Part shown: piece after piece, positions 49,017 to 61,413 of the stretch | Numbering within the stretch: the first letter of the stretch is position 1 | Layout of the letters: every line of letters begins with the position of its first letter | Notes under the pieces: generated by a model | Told to the model about the DNA's origin: nothing | Database searches by the model: none | Seen by the model: the letters and a program-made list of their open reading frames with translations, nothing else | Source of the DNA: Toensbergia leucococca | Taxonomy: Eukaryota | NCBI GenBank assembly: GCA_022813965.1 | Contig: JALDZS010000143.1 | Span: forward strand, 1-63,092 | Direction: 5' to 3' | DNA: 63,092 nucleotides | Program-made: the position numbers and the translations under genes

Positions 49017-52000
49017 TCACCAATAGCTTACGTCTTCCATCGTGGGCTTCTTACTTGCCATGGTCTTTGTCGCTCCATGGCTAAAGTTCCACTTCGGGCC
49101 CGTATTGTTTGCTCCTACGCTGTCTATTCTGGTAACCAAATCCTTTGCCAAGCCATATAAGTTCTTGACGACCCCGGAGTCGATGATAGCCTCAGGTGTC
49201 CAATTGGCCTTTTCACCGAGCTCTAGCGCATTGTTCTCTCGGAGGATCTCATCAACTGTAATTGATGATAATGAAGCCTCCCACCAGAGTCGATTACCAC
49301 TAGCGATCATCTCGTCGGGGGACTTCGCAGTAGCATGGTAGTGCTGTTTAGATCCAGATTGCCCATCAATAATCAGATTCTGTATTTCAGTGAGGTGAAG
49401 CACTAGGTCTGGGTATATGGCAGTACTATGACAAGTGCTCCGACGAACAAATATCTCCTTTATTCGAAGGTCCTTGTTAGTAGTCTTCGTGTAAATGTCC
49501 AATTGTCCATCAGCAGAAGGAAAGACAAGAAGATTATCAACTATGCCTTTTGCTGCCTCTTCGTATTGGCCGTGCAGTTGTAGGCAAGAAGCAGCTTCTA
49601 CTGCGAGGCGAGCGTCCCAAAGTCTTTTCGGGAAATGCCAATTCATAGCTCCGACAAGGACTTTGGTATCTTGAATCTTGGCTTGTCCTTCCTCATCCAC
49701 TTCGACGATTACTTCATCGTCTTCTCTTGTTCTGCAGGCAAATACATACATAATTCTGTGCCCGTAGGGCGTTGCGTTGAATAGCTTTCGGCTAGATGGA
49801 AGCTTCAGACCTAAGATAAAATCCACATCGGCACAAGACGTGGTGACAATCTCGGTGAAAACAGTTTGAGATATCGTCGAAAACACCGAAGGCCACTCAT
49901 TAGCGGAAAAGTGTGGTTTCCTAAAATCTTGGTTCACGCCATTGAGCAGTAGTCGTCCAATGTCTACCTCGAATCTAACCGGACCTTGGAAATTTGGCAG
50001 GAGACGGAGGATGTCAGTCAATGCCACTTCGAAGCCTTCTAGAGCAGACTCGTCTTGGCTAAGTCTATTGTCACGTGAATTGGACTTTTGTTGATTCATT
50101 GTCTGCCTCAATTGCCGTATTTCCATCTCACCGACGTGTTGCACTATTTCCTCACCAAAGCTCATTAAATCATCATCACTCTTCTTGTCTTCTGAGGAGC
50201 GCACGCTCGCGTTGAAAGACTCCAGAGCGGTCTGTTGGGTCGCTCCTACTTCATCAAAGTCCATAAGCTCGAGTGGCCCGTGAACAATTTCGACGTTAGC
50301 CCCGCCATCGTGGGATTGCCCTGGGGTTGAAAGCAGAGGATGAACAGTCTCCCTGCTGGTGGTCGGAGGCCTATGATCATCTTGGGTATCGTTGCCTACA
50401 TCTATGAGAAAGCTAGCCGGGTTGGAATGGTCTCCGCTAAGAGTCGTGGACTGGAATTCCTTCTGAGTATCAACTCTTGTACTCGCGAATTTAGGATTTG
50501 CAGCTTGCTGCCCAGCTCGGGTGACAACGCCCGCCCTTTGAGCTAGCCCCGAAAAGTCTACCAACGCCCTATTAAGACGATGACCTTGCACAGTTGACTT
50601 CTGCCAGGCTTGCCAGCGCCCTGGGTTTTCAATTGAGCCATTGTCACTACCCTGTACGGGGGAAATAGAAGAAATTGATGACTTTGGCATAACTGGTGGT
50701 CTAATAGAAGGTGGCTGGTTTAGTCGTGTGGGGAGCGGGTGAAGACCTTCTCTCAAGACATGTATTTTGTTGACCCTATTGGCATCACTTAGATCGTCGC
50801 TCGGTAAGCTCTGACGCTCTTCGGCAGTGTAAGAGGCTGAGTTGGCTCCACTCAGTGAGCGCTCTGTGATGATAGGCAGCGAGGAGACTGAGGCAGTATT
50901 CCCCATCTCATTTTCGATGGTACTTAGACCCTTCGCTTTTCTTACCTTGACATAACGTTTCCTAGGAGATGGATCCTGACCTGGTTGCTGGAGATCTTTG
51001 TTCTCAGCACGGTCTTCTATCACAGCAAAGGGATCCGATGTAGCCATTTTAGCGCTTGTTTCCACCCATGTGGAAATTGAGTCTGTACCAGCTGTGGCCA
51101 ACGCATGATTTACAGGACTCTCATCACTTATCACAGACGCAGTCATGGACTCTTGCTTCCATCTCGTGAGATCTTGTACTCCATCGCCCTGAGGCTTGTA
51201 TGAGTGGTCTCTCCAAAGTTGGCACTCAACCGTTAGCGGCTTTGGTACGTGTGGAATCCATTTCGAGCTTGCTGGATTCTGTAGGATCGTGATAACTAAG
51301 TACTTTGGATAAGTCCGACTGTGTGGAGAACCAGGAGTGAAAAGTGTGGTATTGAGTCTTCCGCCCTCTGCGCTTCTCAGCTGAGTCGCTTGCAATGTGA
51401 TGTCAAGCCCTCCTTCGTTGACTGGAAAGTCGCACTGTAATGGTCCTTGCATTGATCGAGTCTACGAGCTTAGCCTTGACATTGTAGAAGCAAGAGGTGA
51501 CTCACCAGAACAACATCAACTACATCTAGCTTTGCGGTAGCTCTTGTCACATCTTGAATGCTCTGTCCTTGGATCTGAATTCCTGGCTCTGTGGCCATGA
51601 CATCAAGATTGCAATTCGTAAGACTGCCTATCTTGACGAGTAATACTTTTACCAAGTCTTTTTCAACAGCCCACTCGCCGTGAAGGCTCTTCCAGACCTG
51701 AGAGATATTCGCGGAGTCAATTGTAATCTCGCCGGGATCTCCCTCGCTAAATATTCCAGAACCGTTTTCCGAGTCAGAACCTTCCTCGTAGATGCTGCTG
51801 TTATCGTCTAAGTAGGTTCCTCGTAATCTCTCAATCTTGGGAGCCTTGCACCTAGGTAAGTACTTCTAGTAGTAACGTGAGGTCTGTCAAGCCAAGCTTC
51901 ACTTACCGTGAGCTCGTCCGGCTCTCTCGCAGACGCTGATTGGACGAAAGTCTTGATCAGGTTGATGAAGTCTGGAAACACTCGAGCTGCTTCTTTTGAT

Positions 52001-52308
52001 GGACATCTTATGATCCATTGCTTAAGGTAATAGATGAGTACTCGGCGTTTGAGACTACGCTGGCTTTACTTACATCGTCTGTGGTATACTCACAGCTAGC
52101 ATCTATACCTTCTTGTAAGGACCTAAACTAGATCAGTAGATGTCGTGAGCTGTGAAGGTGAGCATCCTTACTCGAAGCTTTTACAGATGTCAGATGCCTA
52201 GGACATATTGTTAGATAGGGCGAAGCACTTGCGAGACGAGAGACTTACTCCTGCGTCGGTGAACCTGTAAAGAGATGCCAAGCCGATTACGACCCTATCT
52301 TCGGCCAT
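49017..52308 (-). CDS. Uncharacterised ~1000-aa protein: KH-like N-terminal region, disordered middle, CYTH/TTM-like C-terminal domain; 6 exons
   Basis: Five canonical GT..AG introns join MAEDRVVIGLASLYRFTDAG-ASDICKSFE-SLQEG...-QWIIRCP...-KYLPRCK...DVVL in frame to the 811-aa ORF. The domain call is an inference from motif pattern. Confidence 0.75.
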
Positions 52309-53060
52309 GATGAGATGTCACCAGGATGACTGCTGCTAGAATGATGACTTGCGTTTATTAGGCACACACAGACAAACAACAAAAACGCATGACAGCAGGC
52401 TGTTTCTAGACGACAAGTAGCTTTGTGGATACAGGGTGGTAGAATGGTAGCGGAGGAAGGTGTAAATGGATGGAGAAGTGTTGATGTTAGTGAATGTAGA
52501 GTGTGTCACTACGAGTAGCAAACAGAAAAGGAAGGAAACAAGCATGATCTGACACTTCACTTCGCTTACTAATGATTTTCTTGTTCTTGGATTTTAAGAA
52601 GCCGCGAGGAATGATTACCAACCTGATCTGGCCCAAAGAGGTTCGTTAAGCGACGATTTCTTAGGGTTGCTGACGATGTGCACGACCGTGAAATACAACA
52701 GAAGACACGAAGGTAGATAAGAAAAAGAAGATGGGCTACGACGCAATTGACAGTAGAGGATGGTAGTGAATCCATCTATTCCATACGTGCCATCCAAGTG
52801 AATGCAGCAAAATCTCATGCAGATGTAGGAGAACAACAAAACTGGAGAAGCATTACAGCTGGTGAGAAACTGATCTAGTCTGCTGCTTAGAGACTAAAAT
52901 GCAGTACGAGGTTGAAGCTCAGATTGCTACATGTAGACAATGAGATGCCCTTTTCTAGAAAAGTCCTTGGGGAATACTTTCTTCCAAACGCCGGTGCTGT
53001 GCATTTCGAAAGCTTGGGTATCATGCTCCTTGTAATCCACATCAAACCTTACACCAGTCT

Positions 53061-54393
53061 CTACTCCATAGCTCTTAAATTTTGCTGGACGGCGATGACA
53101 TACTTCATCTCACCTAGCACCTTCTCCATCTCCTTCAATGCCTCTTCATTAGCAACCTCGTTTCTCTCGGCCGTCTCTCTAATATGCTTGATGCCATCCT
53201 CCTTCTCCTTCTTGTACGCTTCGTATTCTTCGGAAACCCTCACCTTTGCTATTCTTGCCTTCTCGCCCTCTTGCCCCAGCTGCTCGACCACCACTTCAAG
53301 CTGGGCCAGCTTCCGCTTGTCACTAGCCATATTGTCGTTCATGTCTTGGACAGCTGAATTAAGCTTCAGAATTTGGCGGCGGTAGCCATCATCGAGGGCC
53401 TTCCACGAGCTTGAAAGAGTTTCATACTGACTGGTCGATTTCTTCGAAAGCTCTTTCTCTTCTAAAACCTCCTTTCTACAACTTCCCACGATCTCGTCAC
53501 GCTCCCGGCTGGTGTCTACAGTCTCCTTTTCAGCCTTTTCCCGTCGTGATTTCTCGGCGTCCAAATCCGCCTTTAGTTCTTCTATTTTTCTTTCCCTCCT
53601 GGCCAAAGCACTCCTGTCGGCCTCACGCATCGCTATAAGATTCTCATTTGTCGCTCGAAGCATCTCCAACGCCAGCCTTGCTGACTCGCTGCGCTTGACT
53701 TCTTCCTCTAACTTCACCGTAGCAAGCTTCTTTTCACGTTGGAGGCGATCCACATCACCCATCAATCTTTCGATGACACGACCAGACTTGCCCGTCGTAG
53801 CACGGCCAACGGCAGCAGACCATGGCAAGTCGCTGATCTCACTCGCTGGAGTGCCTGGATTGGACAGAGCTTGGGACAACGTATGTGAAAAGTCTGCTTT
53901 GGAAAGTGGCGGAGATGCCCGACTGCCGTTCATGCATAGCTGTTTCGTCGGTGTATCGTTACTGTAGAATGCGTTTTTCTGCGCAGCTGTTGAAGAGTTT
54001 GAGATGGCGGGAGATGTACCATTTTGTCTACTGGGGGTTACCGGAACATTAGAAAAGCGATTCGGTTTTCCAGCTGAAGTAGCTGAAGCAGCCGAAGAAC
54101 TTTCACTCGGTCTCGTGGGAGTGGACGTCTCGTTTAGAAAATTGTTGAAACCACTCAAGCTCATAGTGGAGGAGAAGGAGTCGTCAAGTTGGAGTTTTGG
54201 AGGTTCTGTGGGTACGTAAGTACGTGTCTCTGCTTGGCGAAAGGCCTTGGACCGCAGAAAAGTGTGGAATGTGAGCATTATGCAGATTATCGGATGGCAA
54301 TAATTCAAGGCATGGCATACCCGCAGCTGCGTCCAGCCTGAACCTCTGCAAACGTACCAACTCAGGTTGAGGACTGGCTTGACGGGGTTTCAT
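53061..54393 (-). CDS. She3-domain coiled-coil protein
   Basis: Exon 1 MKPRQASPQPEL, intron 54246-54357, then WSAAVGRATTGKSGRVIERLMGDVDRLQRE followed by a long heptad coiled coil, typical of fungal She3-like proteins. Confidence 0.75.
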
Positions 54394-54672
54394 AGCGAGA
54401 CTGCGCGCCGAGAAGCTAGAGGTAGCCTCTTGACAAGTGGGGGTATATCTGGTCTGCTGCAGTCTCTGCTTATTGAATTTATAGTGCTATGTGCGCAAGA
54501 TAATAAAGGTTTCATTCGACGCGATGAAATGAGAACCGTTTTGCATAAGGTAAAAAGGAAAAAGGATATGAGCTCCGTAGGTAGACAGCGAGACAGGTTG
54601 GCACGGTTGGATCAGCCAAAAGAACGCCTTTCATGGGCTAAATTAGCGCCTACGGGAACTGCCGCAACGGTT

Positions 54673-54728
54673 GACAGCGAAACAGCGAGGCAGCTGGACA
54701 GCTGGACAGCTAGACAGCGAGACAGCTT
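54673..54728. repeat. 8-bp minisatellite (GACAGC(G/T)N x7)
   Basis: GACAGCGA AACAGCGA GGCAGCTG GACAGCTG GACAGCTA GACAGCGA GACAGCTT. Confidence 0.85.
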
Positions 54729-55247
54729 CGCAGCCTCAGCTCACGACGTGTCTTTTCCTATCCGTACGAGTACATGTGTCCATCAATAAAGCTCATAATA
54801 ACAGCCGTCTTCTAGGTAGAGGCTACTTTGCAAGGTGTCCTGTCTTCATGGAGAACATCCACTGCTAAGTACCATTGCATTCCAATTCAGACAGGCTGGC
54901 CTTGTTAGTGCAGCAAGGCAGGTCAAGAGCATCCATGCAAAGACACCTGCGCCACAAATAGAATATCAGACCTTTAAAAGAAAGGCCCCGCGTTTTCATA
55001 TTGAATTTCTGAGGAAATGACTACCTGCCATTCGGATTCTATATCACCGGCAGACTGCTGACGGTCAGGTGAAGGTCACTGACAGAAATCTAGGAATTCA
55101 TCATGAACACACGTACAATCCACACTCTAGTATTTCAACTCCATGCATTGATGAACAGGGAAGATTCGACTGAACAGTATTCTGACTGCATGAGGTACTT
55201 TACCATCACCGAATTGATACCGGTCTGCAAACCCGGAATTGTCGATA

Positions 55248-57018
55248 TCACTTGCGTCCCATTTTTCCACCGGATGCTTTGAAAGCGGCACCTCTTTTGC
55301 TACTTCGGTTCCGCGGCTTTCCGTGCTTTTTCCCCGAACCTCCAACCCCCATCGTGCCTTTGCCCTGCTTGCTACTTGCTCGGTACCCTTCGAAAACCAC
55401 AGCCTCTGGTGATATTGCAACCCCCCCAGCTTTACGATTGAATGTTCGTTCATTCTCTCCTGAAGCCTTGATCTGAGCAGCGCCAGCTCGGCCAAGCAAC
55501 TTTCCGGCACGACCCGACAGCGATTTTACTTGAGAAGACACTCGAGGGTTGTAGGACCCGTCTTTCCTTGCTCTTGTATCTTTAGGATATGAAGTCTTAC
55601 TAGACTCTGTATAAGATACGGTCTTTCTGACGTTCTTTGCCCGTGTCACTCTTAAGACTCGAGGCAACATCGGGGGAAATTTCTTCTCATTGTATAAAAG
55701 AGCTTTTTCTACCCCGTTTTCATCCTAGGTAATACCTTTATTAGCCTTCGGAGAGAAGTAAAGTTGCCGGTTTGCCTTTACCTTGAATTGTACATAAGCA
55801 ATGCCTTTACCAACGCGGGTTGTTTTGTCTCTGACAACCCTGACACTCTCAACAACTCCTGCTTTGCTGAATTGTCTCCACAGGCCCTCCTCAACGTCCG
55901 CTGGTTCTTTGGCTTTACGTGACCTCTTCCTATAAGCTTCGTCAACTGCAGCATTAATTATACTTTCATCATCCACAAAGCCAAGGTTTCCGACGAAGAC
56001 ACATCTTCGATGATCCGTTTTGGCTGGGTGAGCTACTCCATCCACACGCAAATGCCTATCGAGTACTACTGTTCCATTGAGGCTTTTCATGGCTTCTCTG
56101 GCAGCCGCTTTCGTAGTATAAACAACATAGGCGTTCGTACTCTTCGTTGTCGCATCCATGAGCTCCTTCTTAGCGTAGGCGGCTCTTTTCGGGACCACAC
56201 TACTAGCAAATGCGGTTGATCGAAAACGAAGAGACTCGATTCTCTGGAGAGGTTCTTGCTCCAAAATAGTGGGAACAAAAGAGGTAAGATGATCGAGTAA
56301 TGCCTTTTTAGCAGTCTTGGATTTGATTGCAAGCGTGGAAACATTCGCTAGGAAGACGGTACGAGAAGCTTTCTCTAGATCGTCCTGTTCTTTGGACGGA
56401 GCAAGACTTTCATGCTGGGGTGGAGGGGTAAAGACACCATTTTCTCCGATACTTGTCACCATGTCGGTTCTTTCTGAATCCGAGTTAGCCCCCTCGATTG
56501 AATCCAACCCGGGTCTCTGTCGTTTGCTACTCCTCCCATCTGCTCGCTCCTGTTCTTCGATGACTTCTTCTTGTGCCAACCGCCGCATATATGTTCCTTC
56601 TAAATCGTCGTCTCCTTCTCTATCTTTTCGTTTTCGTTTCTTGCTACTTGTCTGTGTATCGAATGAACCCGGCGCGGAAGCTTGTTCAGCATTTTTAGCG
56701 TGGTAGCTGTCTATAATCTTACTACCATTGCCCAATGTAGATTTGAAATCGATCCTTTCTCGTTCACTGACAGAAGTAGAAGCCGCTTTACTCGTAGAGC
56801 TCTCTTGGAAATCTGGATATGATCGTTTGAGTTTCTTTGGCGATACTAGCTGGGGACCTAATCAGCTACACTACCCTGATTATTCTTACTCTTGGTGAGA
56901 CCTCTATATCTCGTGTACTAACGCTGGATGCAAATAGTGCTGCCAATGTAGGGTCGAAAGCCTTCGGGGCTGCTGGTAAAGATACTGTCATCTTGGTATG
57001 CTTTGCTTGGGAGTCCAT
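55248..57018 (-). CDS. NOP12: Nucleolar RRM protein Nop12 (RBM34)
   Basis: FDPTLAALFASS; RTVFLANVS, IESLRFRS, NAYVVY, RHLRVD; CVFVGNL, VRVVRD..TRVGKGIAYVQF; VVFEGYRAS. Confidence 0.93.
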
Positions 57019-57908
57019 GTTGATTTGGAGTTGATTTCTGCTCCCCACTTTCAAATATTAATTACACTATTGAGGAGCACAAATGAAGATGATAGTGACG
57101 GGCATTTAGTGATTTTATGAAAATGAAGTTCTGCTAGATCGAACTTTATGCAAATCAGCTAGAATAGAGTAGAAAGGCTGGCCGAGGTTTGTGCCGTCAC
57201 AAAACAAATCGAACAGCAGCTTCAATGTAAGGTACTTTATTTCACCTGACCTTCTTTCAATACACTTTCTCGTCCCTTCCTTGGTTGACCCTCCTGCCTT
57301 TGCAACCTGAGCTGCATCATTGTTCCGATTCCAATGCCACTGATCTGCTCGGAGTATTCTACCTACGACCCTTTTGTCGCAGCCATCTTCAACATACGCC
57401 CACAACTACGGAGTCCTCGCATTGCCGATAATTGTCAACGACTGACAGTGGCACGCTCTCAGGACTACATCTAGAACCATTCTAAGAAGACGATACTGCA
57501 GGACATCAAAACAGCGCGCAATGAAGTGCTCCCGCCTAGTCATAGCATAGTCCTGGATCCAAAAGCGTGAGTGCATCACTCCAGACTCTCTCATGCAAGG
57601 TCCTGGGACGCGAACATCCAACAAATCCTTCTGGCGGGGGTTCTCTTATCAAGGTTCACCATATTCACTTGAACTTCTTGATCGCGCCAAGGGTTAGGGT
57701 CACTAAGACATGTACAGAACCTGGGCATCCCGGGGTCAGGTCAATACTTGGCTGCGACAGCAAGCTGTCATTCTATCCATAAACAGTATATCACTTAGTT
57801 GATGTATTTATGTTTCATTATGAATGCTAATCAACTCGAATATCCTAGGCCTGAAATCCGAATCTTCTACACTGCAGCAATCTTGCTGTCCCTGCCGCCA
57901 ATATTTTT

Positions 57909-60433
57909 ATGACATCTTACGCCGTTAGTGAAGGCGCATCGCTCCAGCAAATGGCCGGAACATTGACTATGAGAGATCCGCATTTTGCGATGCTGGGAGT
58001 GGCTGATGAAGCTTTCTCTAGCTCAGCAGCAGAGCTTGCGAACGATGCAGATCACCACAAGGAAGGCGACGATCGTTCCAGCAGCCTTAGCGAAATAGAA
58101 GACCGTTTGGGTAATGAAGAGCTTGGATTCGGCCAGTCCAAGCCTACCGAAGAATCAGACGTTAACGATACTGAGGCCGAGACAGAGCGATTGGAAAATT
58201 CCCCCCAAAAGTTACGGAAGCATCAAAGTGTTGTCTTGACAGCATCAAATGATATTTACAACGACAGCACGAGTGTGCTGACAGATGGAATACCGGTCAT
58301 AGAGAATATGAAATCTAGTCAGCCCGCTAGTGTCTTGATGAATGGAGACAATTCTGTAGGAGTTGTAAAGGTGGACGTCGATGGAATGGATCTGGTCTCG
58401 GAGATGTCATCACTAGATGACTCTAGTGAAGAGCCGACAAGATCAGTATCCCCGTTACAAGTTTCTAAGCAAAAACGAAAGCGCTCGAGCTCTCGAGATG
58501 ATGTTGGAAACCATCAAAAGGCTAAAGGGGAGCCAACTGTAAAAATTACTAGAGTTCTTGAGGATGACGCTTATGGAGGCGTAAAGATGGCTGATCTAGA
58601 AGGGGATATTAGTCAGATGGTGGTCAGTGACGAGCAGGAGATTGTTGGCAGCGAAGGAAGATTTTTCTACGGTCAGGCTGGGGAGACAAATGCTCAGCAG
58701 CAATCATCTGGCAAACAGAAGACGAAGAAAGGAAAAAGGAAGAGTAAGAAAATAAGAGATGAAGATGGCGGCAAGCCAACAATAAGAGCTAGAGATCAAC
58801 AGAGCACAGAGCATCTACTCGAACACAGTGGCATTTTAGAGGCCGTAGACAGCAATGGGGAAGATGAAGAGATGGAGGATGGGGCTGAAGCTGACGTTAG
58901 TACAAGGAACGATGAAGGACGTGAGTAATTCCTAGCAGCTGGATCTTGATCTTGGAACATAGTCTGGATCTTAGAGCTCACAAATATGGCTACAGATATA
59001 AGGAAAAAAACGGCTATGGATTCGTTAGGCGCGATCGAGCAGTGTTTTGCCACGCTTCGAGACAAGTGTGTAGTATCTACCTTACCTTCTGGATGAGCTT
59101 GTACTAATTTTATAGGCTATTCGATGAACGACTTGCACAATACAACGATGAATTAGCAATGTTGACACAACCAACACCTACACATCCCGAATACCTTGCC
59201 ATGATGGAGTGTATTGATCAGCGTCGTGACGAGAAGATACAGTATGAGCAAACCTTACTTCATTACAAGCTGATTGCGCTACAAAAGAAGAGCATAGCAG
59301 ACCGAGCTCAGCACCACAGCCAGTATATGCAAACGGTACGAGACGTTCGAGATAGACATCTTGAAGCAGTCAGTAAGCAGTGGTATCAGGTCCAACGAGA
59401 ACGTCGAAGCTGGGAAGGGGACGTACCGGACTATATGTACACGTTTCCTACCCGACGGTCTCAGCAAATTACGAACCAAACAGCCTATAACACCGAAGTT
59501 TCTATTCTTTCCGGAGTTGCAAAGCATGTCGGCTTCCCGGCAGCACCAGACATATCCGGCGCAAGGTCATCGGAGATAGACGACGATTTTCAGAACATGG
59601 GTGTAAGTTTTTCGGAAAATAGTGCCTGAATTGCTACTTTTTTCTAGGCTAACGTTTAACTAATACAGATGAAGATACAAATACAGCCTGTCATCCATCA
59701 TCATCAGCCCCCACCAGGAGCCTCGAAACCTACCGTAGCAAGATTTTCAAGACCAAAGCCTGCCATTGAGGAGCAATTCCTCGAGCGAAACCCGTGGGCG
59801 AACCCCCAGCATCCTACACATCATCATCCAAACCATCAACTTCAGCGGCATACTTCCGGCTACCCCCATCCTGCAACTTCGATGACCACACCAGTAGCGC
59901 AAAAACGAGTTGTTGATGTGAGTGTACCAAAGAGTTCTGCATCTACTATCGATGAGGCGCGATCTGGACCAAGCTCTTCCCTCGCTCCAACACCATTTAC
60001 CGCAGACCGAGGGACGAAGCCTTCTCAGCCGATGCCGATTGAGGCTCTTGAAATGCTACCATCGTATACGCCAAGCAAGGACAATGAGGTACCAGAGCAG
60101 CGGAATCGGTCTTCTGGTGCACGACCCTCAGACAGCGAATTGGCTCCTCGTCCTGATGTGACCGAATCGATGCAGCTTTTGATGGCCTCGACCGATCCAT
60201 CCCATGAGTTACAAGAAGCAGACGATCCTATATCTAAGCCTTCGATTAAAGGATTAGATTCAACGGTGCCTTCGGTGCCGAATGTCATCCCATCTTCCCC
60301 GGTCAATTTCTCTAGCGTCAAACCCGAGAATCCGACGAATGCTAGCTTTCAGTCTCCGAGCTCTCGTGGCTACAAGACATCGCCAGCTGCCGGTATCGCC
60401 ATGAAAGGGCAAATAGACTGGCTTGGCGCCTAA
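57909..60433 (+). CDS. DEP1: Sds3-family Rpd3L complex subunit Dep1
   Basis: DRSSSLSEIE, NDTEAETERLENSPQK, AMDSLGAIEQCFATLRD/LFDERL, HPEYLAM, SILSGVAKHVGFPAAPDI..EIDDDFQNMG, PWANPQHP. Confidence 0.85.
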
Positions 60434-61413
60434 CAAGAATCACTAAGCAGCCTAGGAAGCATTGAAATATTGCGGCTTTTCAGTACTAGTGTTCAACCTA
60501 TGGCTCGGGGACCCCTTATAAACCTGATGTCACACCTTTCATTGTTGGTGGGATGTATATCAGTCCTAACGAGAAGGCTTCGAATATCAAAGCTACGTAG
60601 CCGTTGGAAAATGACGACGAATGATGGAACGATGGTGAAATTTTCAAGAATTCGAGCATAGGTGTGGGGGTGTATCCGCCTTTTGAATTTGAGCTTCCAC
60701 ATATGCAATGGCCCTGTCGAGGAGCGGTATGATTTCAAGTCTACTGAGCCAAACAGTCTACATTGCAGCGGCTGCATGGAGGAAATGCTCAGTCGAGCAT
60801 CCTGGGAGCACGTCCTTTGTTGTGAGCATCTTCAATGTTACAATTTATGGTCGCGAATCTTAGCTCCAATTCTCGTCCAGTTTGCTTAAAAGTCCTCTTC
60901 ATATGCCAACTATGTTCAAAACAAATCTCAGAAGACATCATCCAAGTAATGAGGGTCTACCTAGCTGTCAGCGAGCCTTGCGATTGCCCTGGGTGAATGG
61001 CACCATACATGCAGACTTTATCTGTATCGGCTCCTCGTACCTATTCCACATTCTCCATAGACAAGTCAAGGAACGACGCACGTATGAGCTTTAAGGATTG
61101 AAATTCTTGTGTTGTGATTTGTCGCGCTAGAAGCAGTACATTGAGTGCATTCATTGGTGCATGAAAGATAAGGTACGGAGTACTCGAACTCGAACTGATG
61201 CTCCGAAGCCTGAACGCCCTTCCTACTCCTCGTTTCGTCTTCTCCACACGTTCTATTTGTCCACACTCTTTTCACCTTTTCACCTTTTCACCCACCTATC
61301 CTCACTCGTTGGATACTTTGTGCGCGCAACAGATCCTTAATTGTTCCTACCACAGTCACTCGTTTGTGTAAAATACTGTCTCTTCTGACCAAGTAATCCA
61401 TCTTAACGCTTCA

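Noticed and set aside
57690..57700. AGGGTTAGGGT as a telomerase RNA template or telomere relic
   Set aside because: Fewer than two repeats, with no recognisable pseudoknot or other TER context. At most it is a telobox-like site.
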